A stretch of DNA of 64,000 nt from an uncultured Aquiluna sp. (lineage in GTDB: Bacteria; Actinomycetota; Actinomycetes; Actinomycetales; Microbacteriaceae). Location of the stretch: the NCBI GenBank assembly GCA_913775595.1, contig CAJYLB010000001.1, positions 744,001 to 808,000 of the forward strand, in the 5' to 3' direction. The position numbers and the translations under genes are program-made. Within the stretch, counting starts at the first letter, position 1; every line of letters begins with the position of its first letter. Positions 28,925-38,959 of this stretch are shown here, one piece after another. Under the pieces are notes generated by a model. That model made no database searches. It was not told the DNA's origin and saw nothing but the letters and a program-made list of their open reading frames with translations.

Positions 28925-30157
28925 ATGAATCAGCCAACGGCTCACGATGTTGAATCAAAAGTCTCAACTGAACATTCCCCCTGGCAGGTCTCCCAGCTCT
29001 CTAAAAGCCTCAAGGACTGGATTGAGAAGCTGGGCCGTGTCTGGGTCGAGGGGGAGCTGCAGCAGCTTCAGCTTCGAGGTAGCAACATCTTCGGCTCCCT
29101 GAGAGACCTTGACGTTGAAAATTCCATCGAGATTCACGCCTTCGATGCCTCAAGCGCTGACATCGAGGTCGGACTAAATCAGGGTGACCGAGTAGTTGCT
29201 CTATTGCAACCTCAGTTTTGGGCCAAGAACGGCAAGCTCACGATGCGGGTTCTCAAGATGCACAAAGTGGGCCTCGGTGAGCTACTTGAAAGAATCGAGA
29301 AGCTTCGCCAGCAGCTCATTGCAGAGGGGCTAACCGCACCGGAGCGAAAGAAGCCACTGCCATTTCTCCCCGGAAAGATTGGCCTTATCACCGGGGCAAA
29401 GTCAGACGCCGAAAAAGACATCCTCCAAAATGCCAGGCTGCGTTGGCCTGAGGTGCAGTTTGAGGTAATAAACACCCTGGTTCAAGGCGACAAGGCTCCC
29501 GCGGAGATCATTTTGGCCATGCAGCAGCTCGACCAAATGCCTGATGTTGAAATCATCATCATCGCAAGGGGTGGTGGAAGTTTCCAAGATCTACTCCCTT
29601 TCAGTGACGAGCGGCTGGTTAGGGCTGCAGCTGCGCTTTCCAAGCCCGTCGTCTCAGCCATTGGGCACGAAAATGACTCGCCGCTGCTGGATCTGGTAGC
29701 AGACCTCAGGGCCTCCACCCCAACCGACGCCGCCAAGCGAGTTGTTCCAGACGTGGTTGAGGAGCGTAAAGCACTTTCCCAACTCAGGGACAGACTTGCC
29801 TTTCGAGTTGCAAGTTACATCGACAGCCAGTTGCAACTCATTGAATCCATCACCTCGCGCCCGGTGCTCAAGAGCCCCTACGGATTCATTGAGTATCAAG
29901 AAGAACAGGTTGGTCAGCTGGCTAGGCGCCTTACTGAGATCCTGAGCTTCCGAGTGGATCGTGCGGAAAGTGAAAACACTCAACTAACGGCGAGAGTTCG
30001 TTCGCTCTCTCCACAACTGACTATGGAGCGTGGCTATGCGGTAGTGACGGGAGCTGATGGCAAACAGGCCACCAGCGTCAAAAAGGGCCAACAGCTAAAA
30101 ATTCAAACTGCAAAACAGGAAATTTCAGCAACTGCCGATGAGGTTAGAGAGAAGTAA
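28925..30157 (+). CDS. xseA: Exodeoxyribonuclease VII large subunit
   Basis: VWVEGE, ARGGGS, SAIGHE, RASTPT. Confidence 0.96.
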   Translation: MNQPTAHDVESKVSTEHSPWQVSQLSKSLKDWIEKLGRVWVEGELQQLQLRGSNIFGSLRDLDVENSIEIHAFDASSADIEVGLNQGDRVVALLQPQFWAKNGKLTMRVLKMHKVGLGELLERIEKLRQQLIAEGLTAPERKKPLPFLPGKIGLITGAKSDAEKDILQNARLRWPEVQFEVINTLVQGDKAPAEIILAMQQLDQMPDVEIIIIARGGGSFQDLLPFSDERLVRAAAALSKPVVSAIGHENDSPLLDLVADLRASTPTDAAKRVVPDVVEERKALSQLRDRLAFRVASYIDSQLQLIESITSRPVLKSPYGFIEYQEEQVGQLARRLTEILSFRVDRAESENTQLTARVRSLSPQLTMERGYAVVTGADGKQATSVKKGQQLKIQTAKQEISATADEVREK

Positions 30158-30366
30158 TGGCAAAAGAGGACAAGGCAATCAGTTACGAGCAGGCTCGTGA
30201 CGAGCTCCAACAGGTAGTCACCAAGCTTGAGGGACAGAACGTGAGCCTGGAGGAATCAATGGCTCTTTGGGAGCGCGGTGAGGAACTCGCAAAGATTTGC
30301 GAGGAGTGGCTAAGCGGCGCCAGAAAGAAGCTCGATGCAGCTCAAAAGCAGCGTGAGGCTAAGTGA
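30157..30366 (+). CDS. xseB: Exodeoxyribonuclease VII small subunit
   Basis: SYEQARDEL..LE...SLEESMALWERG; TAATG coupling. Confidence 0.95.
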   Translation: MAKEDKAISYEQARDELQQVVTKLEGQNVSLEESMALWERGEELAKICEEWLSGARKKLDAAQKQREAK

Positions 30367-30929
30367 GCGCAGCCGCTGAGCGAAGAGCCAAGCAGACTGT
30401 TCGCAACCTCATCTTCTCCATGGTCGCTACCCTCGGCCTCGTGATTTTGCTCGTCCTGGGAGTGCCACGCGACGACAGCAACCGAATCGCTGCGGTTGAC
30501 TACGTGCAGATCGCGGAAGAGGCGGAAGCCTCCTTGGGATTCGAGGTGCTGACACCACAAGTTCCAGACTCTTGGTGGTCAAATGCCGCGAGGCTGGAAA
30601 ATGACCTCGGGGTCCAAAGCTGGTACATCGGATTTGTGACTGAAGACAACCAGTTCATTGGTCTTAGCCAGGGCTTTGAAGTGAATCCCAGCTGGACAGC
30701 CCTGACTCTTCAGGGCAACTGGCTTGAAGACGAGACTGAAATTGCTGGCAGAACCTGGGAGATTTGGCCCACCCTCACGCCGAGCAATCCTCCAGGAACC
30801 AAGGAATACGCCATGCTTCACAGCTTTGGAGACTCCGCGGTTGTAATCTATGGGACAGCCGGCAAAGAGGATTTCAACATTCTCGCGGAGCTGCTCTCAC
30901 TGGAAATTGAGGACATTGCGACCAACTAA
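30363..30929 (+). CDS. DUF4245-like membrane-anchored protein
   Basis: N-terminal TM, VDY, P..W.SNAA, W..GF pattern; usual position after xseB. Confidence 0.75.
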   Translation: MSAAAERRAKQTVRNLIFSMVATLGLVILLVLGVPRDDSNRIAAVDYVQIAEEAEASLGFEVLTPQVPDSWWSNAARLENDLGVQSWYIGFVTEDNQFIGLSQGFEVNPSWTALTLQGNWLEDETEIAGRTWEIWPTLTPSNPPGTKEYAMLHSFGDSAVVIYGTAGKEDFNILAELLSLEIEDIATN

Positions 30930-31536
30930 CGCATCAGAAGCCTGGGCATCCCTAGTCCAAGGCAACAAAAACTTCGTCGCTGGCACTCCCGCCCATCCAA
31001 GACAGGATGCTGAGCTAAGGAAGTCTGTTGCAAAGTCTCAAGAACCCTTTGCAGCTTTGTTTGGATGCTCTGACTCGAGGCTAGGGGCGGAGATGATCTT
31101 TGATGTGGGGCTTGGGGATCTATTTGTGGTTCGAAATGTTGGGCAGATTATTGCAAGAACAATCGTCGGATCGCTGGAGTTTGCCGTTGAAGTACTCAAA
31201 GTTCCCTTGATACTTGTGCTCGGTCACGATAGCTGCGGTGCAGTGAGAGCCTCTATGGACTCCGTGGACGGGAAGCTGCAAGTTGGTGGCGAATACATCG
31301 AGAATCTAGTTGAACGAATCTCCTCAACTGTAAAGGCCTCAAGGTCTGAGGGGATTGAGGACATCGATCTCATAAACAGAAACCACATCAGCGACACCAT
31401 CGATGAGCTCTTGGAAATGTCCACACTCATCCGCGAGCGGGTGGAAAGTGGCAAACTAGCAGTGGTTGGAGCGCAGTACAGGCTTTCCGAGGGTCTGGTA
31501 GAGCTCACCACCTCAAGAGGTCAGCTGGAGAGTTAG
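30916..31536 (+). CDS. Beta-class carbonic anhydrase
   Basis: GCSDSR, GDLFVVRN, LGHDSCGAV; TTG 30916 after GAGGA. Confidence 0.93.
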   Translation: MRPTNASEAWASLVQGNKNFVAGTPAHPRQDAELRKSVAKSQEPFAALFGCSDSRLGAEMIFDVGLGDLFVVRNVGQIIARTIVGSLEFAVEVLKVPLILVLGHDSCGAVRASMDSVDGKLQVGGEYIENLVERISSTVKASRSEGIEDIDLINRNHISDTIDELLEMSTLIRERVESGKLAVVGAQYRLSEGLVELTTSRGQLES

Positions 31537-31542
31537 GGAATC

Positions 31543-32931
31543 ATGGAATATCGCATCGAAAAAGACACGATGGGCGAGGTTCAAGTCCCCAAGGATGCTC
31601 TATACCGCGCTCAGACCCAGCGAGCAGTGGAGAACTTTCCCATCAGCGGCACTCCCCTCGAAAAAGAGCACATCATTGCCCTTGCACGAATCAAAAAGGC
31701 CGCAGCAGCAGCCAATGCGAGCCTTGGTCGCCTGGACAAAGAGATCTCAGATGCGATCCAGGCATCGGCCGAGGAGATCATTGCAGGCAATCACCACGAA
31801 CACTTCCCTGTCGATGTCTTCCAGACAGGCTCCGGCACCAGCTCAAACATGAACATGAACGAGGTGCTAGCCACCTTGGCGACCGCCAAGCTGGGAAGTG
31901 AAGTTCACCCAAATGACCATGTAAACATGAGTCAGTCCTCGAACGACGTCTTTCCCACTTCAGTCCATGTTGCCGTAACCAGCGCTTTGGTAAATGACCT
32001 ATTGCCGGCCCTTGATTACCTCGCCAAGGCTTTTGAAGACAAGGCTGGTAAGTGGGCGGACAAGGTGAAACCTGGGCGTACGCACCTAATGGATGCCACG
32101 CCAGTAACCTTCGGCCAAGAGTTTGCAGGCTATGCCGCTCAGATTCGCTATGGCATCGAAAGGGTAAACGCTGCGCTCCATAGGGTTGCTGAGGTGCCGC
32201 AGGGCGGCACAGCGACTGGAACTGGCATCAACACCCCGGCGGGCTTCCCACAGCAGGTAATCGCCATGCTTGCGAAGGAGACGGGCCTTCCAATCACCGA
32301 GGCCAGAGACCATTTTGAGGCTCAAGGAGCCCGTGATGGCCTCGTTGAGGCCTCAGGAGCATTGAAGGTCATCGCCGTTAGCCTCACCAAAATAAACAAT
32401 GACCTCAGGTGGATGGGCTCTGGGCCAAACACAGGTCTAGCCGAGCTTCACATTCCAGACTTACAGCCGGGAAGTTCCATAATGCCTGGCAAGGTCAATC
32501 CAGTTATCCCCGAGGCGGTCCTTATGGTCTGCTCAAAAGTAATTGGAAACGACGCAACCATCACCTGGGCAGGCGCATCAGGAAACTTCGAGCTAAACGT
32601 TGCAATTCCTGTGATGGGCAACTCGCTCCTCGAGTCAATTCGACTGCTTTCAAGCTCCATGCGAGTTTTGGCCGACAAAACTGTATCGGGCCTCGAGATC
32701 AACGAAGATCGTGCCCGCCAGATGGCTGGCTCAAGTCCATCTATCGTCACACCACTAAACAAGTACATCGGCTACGAAGCCGCTGCCAAGATTGCAAAGC
32801 ACGCGGTAGCGATGTCAATGACCGTTCGTGAGGCAACTATTGAGCTTGGTTACGTTGACGGCGAGAAGCTCACAATGGAGCAGCTCGACGAGGCACTTGA
32901 CGTTCTACCTATGACAAGGCCACCGCAGTAA
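31543..32931 (+). CDS. fumC: Class II fumarate hydratase
   Basis: [37 protein letters not shown]. Confidence 0.97.
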   Translation: MEYRIEKDTMGEVQVPKDALYRAQTQRAVENFPISGTPLEKEHIIALARIKKAAAAANASLGRLDKEISDAIQASAEEIIAGNHHEHFPVDVFQTGSGTSSNMNMNEVLATLATAKLGSEVHPNDHVNMSQSSNDVFPTSVHVAVTSALVNDLLPALDYLAKAFEDKAGKWADKVKPGRTHLMDATPVTFGQEFAGYAAQIRYGIERVNAALHRVAEVPQGGTATGTGINTPAGFPQQVIAMLAKETGLPITEARDHFEAQGARDGLVEASGALKVIAVSLTKINNDLRWMGSGPNTGLAELHIPDLQPGSSIMPGKVNPVIPEAVLMVCSKVIGNDATITWAGASGNFELNVAIPVMGNSLLESIRLLSSSMRVLADKTVSGLEINEDRARQMAGSSPSIVTPLNKYIGYEAAAKIAKHAVAMSMTVREATIELGYVDGEKLTMEQLDEALDVLPMTRPPQ

Positions 32932-33397
32932 TTTCAGCCGCTGGTAGCCCAACAAACATGAAAAAACCCGCAAGTAAATAGGGGCCCATGGCAACCGGGG
33001 ATTGCCAAGAGATTTTCCTCGAAAGTAGCCCTAACAAGCTGACGAGACTGGCTAGGACAAAGCTGGCGGTCAGTGCAAATAGAACGAGCCAGGGCGAAAA
33101 CCAAGCAAGCAGGTGGTTGGTGGCAGTGATTAGCTTCACATCACCCATACCGACGCTCGCATACTTTGCCAGCAGGTAGCCGATGCCAAAGGTGGCGGTG
33201 GAGCTGAGGTGAGAAGAAATTAGCTCAAGATAGGCGCCCTGACTCAAGGCAGCAAATCCGGTCCCCACAAACGCAAGCAGGATCGCTGGATAGGTGAAGC
33301 GATTTGGAAGCCGGTGCTCTCTTATGTCAGTTACAACAAGCGGAACGCTCGCTAAAAGCAGATAGCCGATTGGAATCAAGAGGATCAGCTCGGCCAC
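32909..33397 (-). CDS. Prepilin peptidase-like protein (A24 family)
   Basis: [21 protein letters not shown]; multi-TM. Confidence 0.85.
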   Translation of the reverse strand: MAELILLIPIGYLLLASVPLVVTDIREHRLPNRFTYPAILLAFVGTGFAALSQGAYLELISSHLSSTATFGIGYLLAKYASVGMGDVKLITATNHLLAWFSPWLVLFALTASFVLASLVSLLGLLSRKISWQSPVAMGPYLLAGFFMFVGLPAAEITAVALS

Positions 33398-33451
33398 AAG
33401 GCAAAGCTAGACCCACCGGCCCAACCGTGATTTGGGTTATCCCCAGGTGAG

Positions 33452-34822
33452 TCAGTCGAGGAGATCAGTTACGAGAGCTGCTATCTCGCTTCTCTCAGAG
33501 CGAGTCAGAGTGATGTGACTAAAGAGCGGCTGGCCTTTTAGAGTCTCGACCACTGAAGCAATTCCATCGTGGCGTCCAACTCGAAGGTTATCCCGCTGCG
33601 CGACATCGTGAGTAAGGATGACGCGAGACTTCTGTCCAATTCTCGAAAGCATCGTCAGCAGCACATTCCTCTCAAGCGACTGTGCCTCATCAACAATCAC
33701 AAACGAGTCGTGGAGGGAGCGGCCCCTGATGTGAGTCAGGGGAAGCACCTCAAGGATCCCCCTATTTACGACCTCTTCGACCACCTCTTTGGACACCAGC
33801 GCACCAAGAGTGTCAAAGACAGCCTGTGCCCAAGGGTTCATCTTCTCACCCTCGGTTCCAGGTAGGTAGCCAAGCTCTTGGCCACCAACCGCATATAGCG
33901 GTCTAAAGATCATGATCTTCTTGTGCTGACGCCGCTCCAGCACGGCTTCAAGACCCGCACAGAGAGCCAGAGCACTCTTGCCTGTTCCTGCCCTACCGCC
34001 GAGAGAAACGATTCCGACCTCTTGGTCCAGGAGGACGTCGATCGCGAGCCTCTGCTCTGCTGAGCGTCCGTGAACGCCGAATACTTCGCGGTCTCCCCTT
34101 ACCAGCTTTACTGTCTTGCTCTCAGTGACGCGACCGAGGGCGCTGCCACGCTCAGAGTGGATGATCAAACCTGTGTTGATTGGCATCTCTTTTGCGTCCT
34201 GGTGGCTGATCTCCTCTGAGTCATAGAGGTTTGCCATCTCGTTGGCTGATAGGTGTAGCTCGGAAATACCGCTCCACTCATCCGTTGCAAGCTCGTGCAA
34301 ATACTCCTCAGCCCTGAGGCCAATAGACGAGGCCTTAACGCGCATCGGCAGGTCCTTTGACACCACCGTCACCTCGAAGCCTTCGTTCTTCAGGTTTGCC
34401 GCAACGGCAAGAATCCTTGAGTCGTTGTCCCCGAGCTGGAAACCTGCCGGAAGAATCGTCTGATCTATGTGGTTGAGCTCAACCCTGAGAGTTCCCCCCT
34501 CCCCCACCTCAACCGGGAAGTCTAGGCGCTCGTGGCGCTGACGAAGCTCATCTAGATTTCTCAGGACTTTGCGAGCAAAGTAGCCAATCTCGAGATCGTT
34601 TCGCTTTTTCTCAAGCTCGTTGATGACCACGATTGGTATCACGACCTCGTGTTCGGCAAACCTAAACAGAGCTTTGGGGTCCGAGAGTAGAACCGAGGTG
34701 TCGAGCACGAAAGTGCGGACCTGGGTCTCTGGCTTTGACTTAGAAGCGGGCTTACTCACCACCTCAGGACTGGACTTTGTTTTTGTTGCTGCCTTGGACC
34801 TGGGGTTTGAGGTATTTGCCAC
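33452..34822 (-). CDS. phoH: PhoH2-type protein (PIN domain + PhoH ATPase)
   Basis: [12 protein letters not shown] start, [22 protein letters not shown]. Confidence 0.93.
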   Translation of the reverse strand: MANTSNPRSKAATKTKSSPEVVSKPASKSKPETQVRTFVLDTSVLLSDPKALFRFAEHEVVIPIVVINELEKKRNDLEIGYFARKVLRNLDELRQRHERLDFPVEVGEGGTLRVELNHIDQTILPAGFQLGDNDSRILAVAANLKNEGFEVTVVSKDLPMRVKASSIGLRAEEYLHELATDEWSGISELHLSANEMANLYDSEEISHQDAKEMPINTGLIIHSERGSALGRVTESKTVKLVRGDREVFGVHGRSAEQRLAIDVLLDQEVGIVSLGGRAGTGKSALALCAGLEAVLERRQHKKIMIFRPLYAVGGQELGYLPGTEGEKMNPWAQAVFDTLGALVSKEVVEEVVNRGILEVLPLTHIRGRSLHDSFVIVDEAQSLERNVLLTMLSRIGQKSRVILTHDVAQRDNLRVGRHDGIASVVETLKGQPLFSHITLTRSERSEIAALVTDLLD

Positions 34823-34893
34823 CTGCGCTCCTTTGGGGTGCGATTGGCATCAATCTACGCCTGAGGTTTAAGGTTGCCTGCGATAAACACGCC

Positions 34894-34919
34894 CAAAAGA
34901 AAATCGTTTACCTAAACGA
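34894..34919 (-). terminator. Weak intrinsic-terminator-like hairpin after the isoprenyl transferase gene
   Basis: TCGTTTA-GG-TAAACGA followed by TTTTCTTTT on the minus strand; AT-rich stem, could instead be an operator. Confidence 0.35.
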
Positions 34920-34921
34920 AA

Positions 34922-35680
34922 TTAGGCTCCAAAACGCCTGTGTCTGCGCTGAAAATCTCGAATCGCCCGGAGGAAATCTACCCTTCTAAAATCTGGCCAG
35001 AGGGCCTCTGCAAAATAGAACTCGCTGTTGGCGCTCTGCCAGAGCAAAAAGCCGCTCAGTCGCTGCTCACCAGATGTTCTAATTAGTAAATCTGGATCAG
35101 GCTGCCCACCCGTGTAGAGATTCTCGGCAATAAGCTCCGGGGTCAATAGTTCGGCGAGCTCCTCTATAGAGTTCCCGCTCGAGGCGTGCTTGCGAAGAAT
35201 CTGGCGCATTGCATCTGCGATCTCTTTTCTGCCTCCGTAGGCAATAGCTAGATTCACATGGGACCCAGGTTTATCACGAGTCTTTTTCTCTACGTTGCGA
35301 AGCCGCTCTGCAGCGCTATCACCAAGAGCCTCCAAGTCCCCAACGACCTGCAGACGCCATCTCCCAAGCTCTGCAAGGTGCTCAGCAAGTCCGGTGATTA
35401 TGTTTATTAGATCATCTAGCTCTTCCTGGTTGCGGCCGGAAAGATTGTCAGTGGAGAGCAAGTAGAGAGTCACGTGATCGATACCAAGCTCAGAGCACCA
35501 TCCGACAAAGTCGACAATCCGCTTTGCGCCCGCGGTGTGACCCAGAGAACGGTCGAAGCCTTGCTCTTTTGCCCAGCGACGGTTCCCGTCGACCATGACG
35601 CCAATATGTTTCGGCATGTCACTGGGTCTGAGCCCCGACTCGATTTGCTTCTCATAGAAGCGGTAGAGCACGTTTCGCAC
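34922..35680 (-). CDS. cis-prenyltransferase (short-chain Z-isoprenyl diphosphate synthase type)
   Basis: HIGVMVDGNRRWA, LSTDN, YGGR, PDLLIRTSGEQRLSGFLLWQ, RRFG. Confidence 0.93.
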   Translation of the reverse strand: MRNVLYRFYEKQIESGLRPSDMPKHIGVMVDGNRRWAKEQGFDRSLGHTAGAKRIVDFVGWCSELGIDHVTLYLLSTDNLSGRNQEELDDLINIITGLAEHLAELGRWRLQVVGDLEALGDSAAERLRNVEKKTRDKPGSHVNLAIAYGGRKEIADAMRQILRKHASSGNSIEELAELLTPELIAENLYTGGQPDPDLLIRTSGEQRLSGFLLWQSANSEFYFAEALWPDFRRVDFLRAIRDFQRRHRRFGA

Positions 35681-35733
35681 CCCCAAAGGCTAGTCGAAAC
35701 CGAAAGTTCACATTTGTGGCCTAGCCTTTGAGC

Positions 35734-36450
35734 ATGCAGCAGCCAGATCCCCTTCACGTTCCGCTCTCTGAGCTAAAGGGTTCTATTCACGAGGATGAGC
35801 CACGGCCAAGCTGGCGTGGCTGGATTCACACGGGCGTACTGCCCTTCGTGGTGGCAGCAGGAATACTGCTAATTGTTTTCTCCGAAGGGTTGGTCGCCAA
35901 AACGGCCGCGGCGATTTACTTTGCAAGCTCAGTTCTTCTTTTCGGAAACTCAGCTCTCTACCACCGGTTCCGCTGGCGCCCATTCATGAAGATGCTGCTC
36001 AAGCGAATTGACCACGCGAACATCTTCTTGCTGATCGCCGGGACCTACACTCCAATGGCGGTTAGCGCGCTTGGTAGCGAAAAGGGTGTTGCTCTCCTCG
36101 TTGCGGTCTGGGCAATAGCGGCCCTAGGAATTGGCTTCAGGGTCTTCTGGATCAATGCTCCGAGGTGGTTGTATGTGCCCATTTACCTGGCCATGGGTTG
36201 GATCGCAGCGTTCTATGTGGTGGACCTGTGGGCCGCCAATTGGGTGATGATGCTACTAGTGGCGATCGGTGGGTTGCTCTACACCGTGGGTGCAATCTTC
36301 TACGGAGCGAAGTGGCCCGGGAAAAATGCTCGACACTTTGGTTTCCACGAGATTTTTCACGCTCTCACAGTCGCGGCATTTTTCTGCCATTGGACTGCGG
36401 CTTTACTTATTGGTCTGGATCCGATTCCGGGCTCTCTCGGCGGGGCTTAG
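35734..36450 (+). CDS. PAQR/hemolysin III family membrane protein
   Basis: RGWIH, SALYH, DHANIFLLIAGTYTP, GFHEIFH. Confidence 0.93.
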   Translation: MQQPDPLHVPLSELKGSIHEDEPRPSWRGWIHTGVLPFVVAAGILLIVFSEGLVAKTAAAIYFASSVLLFGNSALYHRFRWRPFMKMLLKRIDHANIFLLIAGTYTPMAVSALGSEKGVALLVAVWAIAALGIGFRVFWINAPRWLYVPIYLAMGWIAAFYVVDLWAANWVMMLLVAIGGLLYTVGAIFYGAKWPGKNARHFGFHEIFHALTVAAFFCHWTAALLIGLDPIPGSLGGA

Positions 36451-36700
36451 AAGGCGGAGCGGGGCGGTCAGGCTTTTTTAGCTCGATGTTCCCAAGCTCT
36501 TCCTCGGCCAGCTTTTCCCTGATCTCCTGGCGGTAACGGCTTTTGCGGATTCTACGGTTCATGTCAAAGAAGAGAAGCACTGCAATTGCGGCCACCGCGA
36601 ATGTGACGATGAAGCCAATTGTTCCCGGAGAGTTGTAGTTGTCATCGACGACCAAAGGGGTTGAGTCGACAATGGCAAGCAGGGTGGCTACAAAGCTCAT
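36407..36700 (-). CDS. Small membrane protein
   Basis: SPGTIGF + TM + DMNRRIR, a pattern typical of actinobacterial proteins at this locus. Confidence 0.7.
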   Translation of the reverse strand: MSFVATLLAIVDSTPLVVDDNYNSPGTIGFIVTFAVAAIAVLLFFDMNRRIRKSRYRQEIREKLAEEELGNIELKKPDRPAPPSKPRRESPESDPDQ

Positions 36701-36736
36701 GCGACAAGTATTCCATCAAGGACGTAGCCTTGTTAC

Positions 36737-37132
36737 ATGCAAGATAGGCAAGCCGAGATTCTCCAGGAGCGCTATGGCGTTTCAAAAGGGGTGGGTAGGA
36801 CCCGAAACAGGGTCCTAGGCTGGTCTGCCGTTGCACTCGCAACGATAACCGCTGGGCTTTTTGGCTATCTCAATTGGAGCCCAATTGGGACTACGGACAT
36901 CAGCTTTAGAGTCATCAGCCCCTGGCAAACCGAGGTTGAGTTTGAAATTGAGATGCCTGCCGGTTCAGTTGCGGTTTGTGGCATCGAGGCACTGAACAAC
37001 TCCTTCACCCAAGTTGGGTATGTGGAGCTGGAGCTGGGGCCCTTTGAGGCAACTACCACCCGTCACACCGTGAGCTTGAACACCTATCAAGAGGCCGTGA
37101 CCGGCTTGGTTGATGAGTGCCAACTGAGGTAA
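36737..37132 (+). CDS. DUF4307-like membrane protein
   Basis: ERYG, TM, C..EALN....VG, C-terminal C; upstream of greA. Confidence 0.75.
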   Translation: MQDRQAEILQERYGVSKGVGRTRNRVLGWSAVALATITAGLFGYLNWSPIGTTDISFRVISPWQTEVEFEIEMPAGSVAVCGIEALNNSFTQVGYVELELGPFEATTTRHTVSLNTYQEAVTGLVDECQLR

Positions 37133-37141
37133 CATTTTTCT

Positions 37142-37162
37142 AGCTCGCTATGCGAGCTTTTT
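37142..37162 (+). terminator. Terminator-like hairpin between DUF4307 gene and greA
   Basis: AGCTCGC-TAT-GCGAGCT followed by TTTT. Confidence 0.6.
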
Positions 37163-37181
37163 CAATTCCCGGAAGTGACAG

Positions 37182-37688
37182 ATGACTGACAACATTCTGC
37201 TGACTCAAGCAGCATATGACCGGCTCAAAGATGAGCTCGAGCAGCTAATACTCGTCGAGCGTGGCGAGATCGCTAAGAAGATCCAGGAGGCTCGGGAAGA
37301 AGGCGACCTCAAGGAAAATGGCGGTTACCACGCGGCAAAGGAGGAGCAGGGAAAGCTTGAGGCCCGAATCAACCGCCTCGAGGAAATGCTCGCAAATGCT
37401 GAGATTGGTTCTGCCGACAGTTCTGACGGAATTGTGAAGCAGGGCCTCATGGTCACCTGCCTGCTAAACGGCAACGAGACCGAGTTTTTCCTAGGCAGCC
37501 ACGAGATCTTTGAGGGAACCAAGTTTGAACAGCAGGTAGAGGATGGCGACCTTGACGTTTTCAGCCCAGACTCCCCAATTGGAAAAGCCATCCTGGGCAA
37601 AAAGATAGGCGAAGAGGTGGGCTACACCGCTCCTAACGGAAAGACCATTACGGTCAAGTTGGTGAAGCTAGCGAACTTCGAGTTCTAG
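37182..37688 (+). CDS. greA: Transcription elongation factor GreA
   Basis: EGDLKENGGYHAAKEEQ, SPDSPIG, APNG. Confidence 0.96.
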   Translation: MTDNILLTQAAYDRLKDELEQLILVERGEIAKKIQEAREEGDLKENGGYHAAKEEQGKLEARINRLEEMLANAEIGSADSSDGIVKQGLMVTCLLNGNETEFFLGSHEIFEGTKFEQQVEDGDLDVFSPDSPIGKAILGKKIGEEVGYTAPNGKTITVKLVKLANFEF

Positions 37689-38920
37689 TCTTCGAACAGC
37701 CTGGGTTTTAGCCCAGCCCTCTTCAAAGACTCAATCACCTCATCGCGGTGTTCCTTACCTCGGGTTTCAACGCTGAGGTCCAGCTCCACCTCTGAAATCT
37801 GCAGTCCATTGCCGTGACGAGTGTGAAGCACCTCAACCACATTTGCACCCGCAGTGGCGACCGCTTCCGCAGTTCTAACCAGCTGTCCTGGCCTATCGGG
37901 CAACATGACTGCGATGTTGGTGTAGCGATCAGAAGCTGCGAGTCCGTGGCGGATTACCCGCTGAAGCAGCAGCGGATCGATGTTTCCTCCGGAGAGGATT
38001 ACGGCCGTTGTCCCCTTGAGCTTGAGCTTCCTCGCGGCGAGTGCCGCAGCCCCAACTGCACCGCCTGCCTCAACCACCATCTTGGAACGTTCCATCACGC
38101 CGAGCATTGCCTTGGCTATCTCGTCTTCCGTGACGGTCACTACCTTGTCAACGTAGTTCTTGATGATTTCGAAAGGCACCTTGCCGGGTTTGGCAACAGC
38201 AATACCGTCTGCAATCGTCGGGTTGATCTTGGTCTCCAACGGCTTCCCGGCCTTCAAAGAAGGAGGGTAAGCGGCAGCCTCGGCGGCCTGGACCGCATAA
38301 ACCTTTATCTTCTTGCCCAATTGCTTGGCCTTGAGCTTTGCAGCTAGCGCAACACCCGCGGCCAGCCCTCCGCCACCAAGGCAGACAACTATGTTCTCGA
38401 CATCCGGAAGTTGCTCCATGATTTCTAGTCCGACGGTGCCCTGACCACGAACAATATCGATATGGTCGAAGGGCGGAATGAACACCGCACCGGTTTGCGA
38501 AGTAAAGTCCTGGGCTGCAGCAAGCGTCTCATCGAATATTGCTCCGGTGAGAACCACGTTGGCGCCGTAGTCAATCGTGGCCTGGTACTTAGGAAGCGAA
38601 GCTCCAACCGGCATGAAAATTGTTGCCTTGATACCAAGCAGCTTTGCTGCGAGGGCAACTCCTTGGGCGTGGTTACCAGCCGATGCCGCAACTACTCCGC
38701 GCTTCCTTTCGTCGGCACTTAGCTGACTCATCAGGTTGTATGCGCCACGAACCTTGTAGGCACCAGTGCGCTGAAGGTTCTCACATTTGAAGAAGACGGG
38801 ATGTCCGGTTAGCTCAGTGAGCCAGTGGCTTTCGAGCATGGGAGTAGCAGAAATTTGGCCACCCACGCGCTCGGCAGCCTGGTAAAACTCATCCAGAGAC
38901 GGGAGTTTGGTTGGAGCCAT
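37685..38920 (-). CDS. ilvA: Threonine ammonia-lyase with single C-terminal ACT domain
   Basis: KCENLQRTGAYKVRGA, SAGNHAQG, GGGGL, SGGNID, LPDRPGQL. Confidence 0.93.
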   Translation of the reverse strand: MAPTKLPSLDEFYQAAERVGGQISATPMLESHWLTELTGHPVFFKCENLQRTGAYKVRGAYNLMSQLSADERKRGVVAASAGNHAQGVALAAKLLGIKATIFMPVGASLPKYQATIDYGANVVLTGAIFDETLAAAQDFTSQTGAVFIPPFDHIDIVRGQGTVGLEIMEQLPDVENIVVCLGGGGLAAGVALAAKLKAKQLGKKIKVYAVQAAEAAAYPPSLKAGKPLETKINPTIADGIAVAKPGKVPFEIIKNYVDKVVTVTEDEIAKAMLGVMERSKMVVEAGGAVGAAALAARKLKLKGTTAVILSGGNIDPLLLQRVIRHGLAASDRYTNIAVMLPDRPGQLVRTAEAVATAGANVVEVLHTRHGNGLQISEVELDLSVETRGKEHRDEVIESLKRAGLKPRLFED

Positions 38921-38959
38921 CAAAAACCTTCAATCAAAGAATGAGAGAAAGTCTAGCGA

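Noticed and set aside
32909..33397. Prepilin peptidase as part of a pilus or competence locus
   Set aside because: No pilin, tad or com genes adjacent; substrates must be encoded elsewhere.
33452..34822. PIN domain as toxin of a toxin-antitoxin system
   Set aside because: It is the conserved PIN-PhoH fusion; I found no convincing antitoxin ORF in the 99-nt upstream gap.
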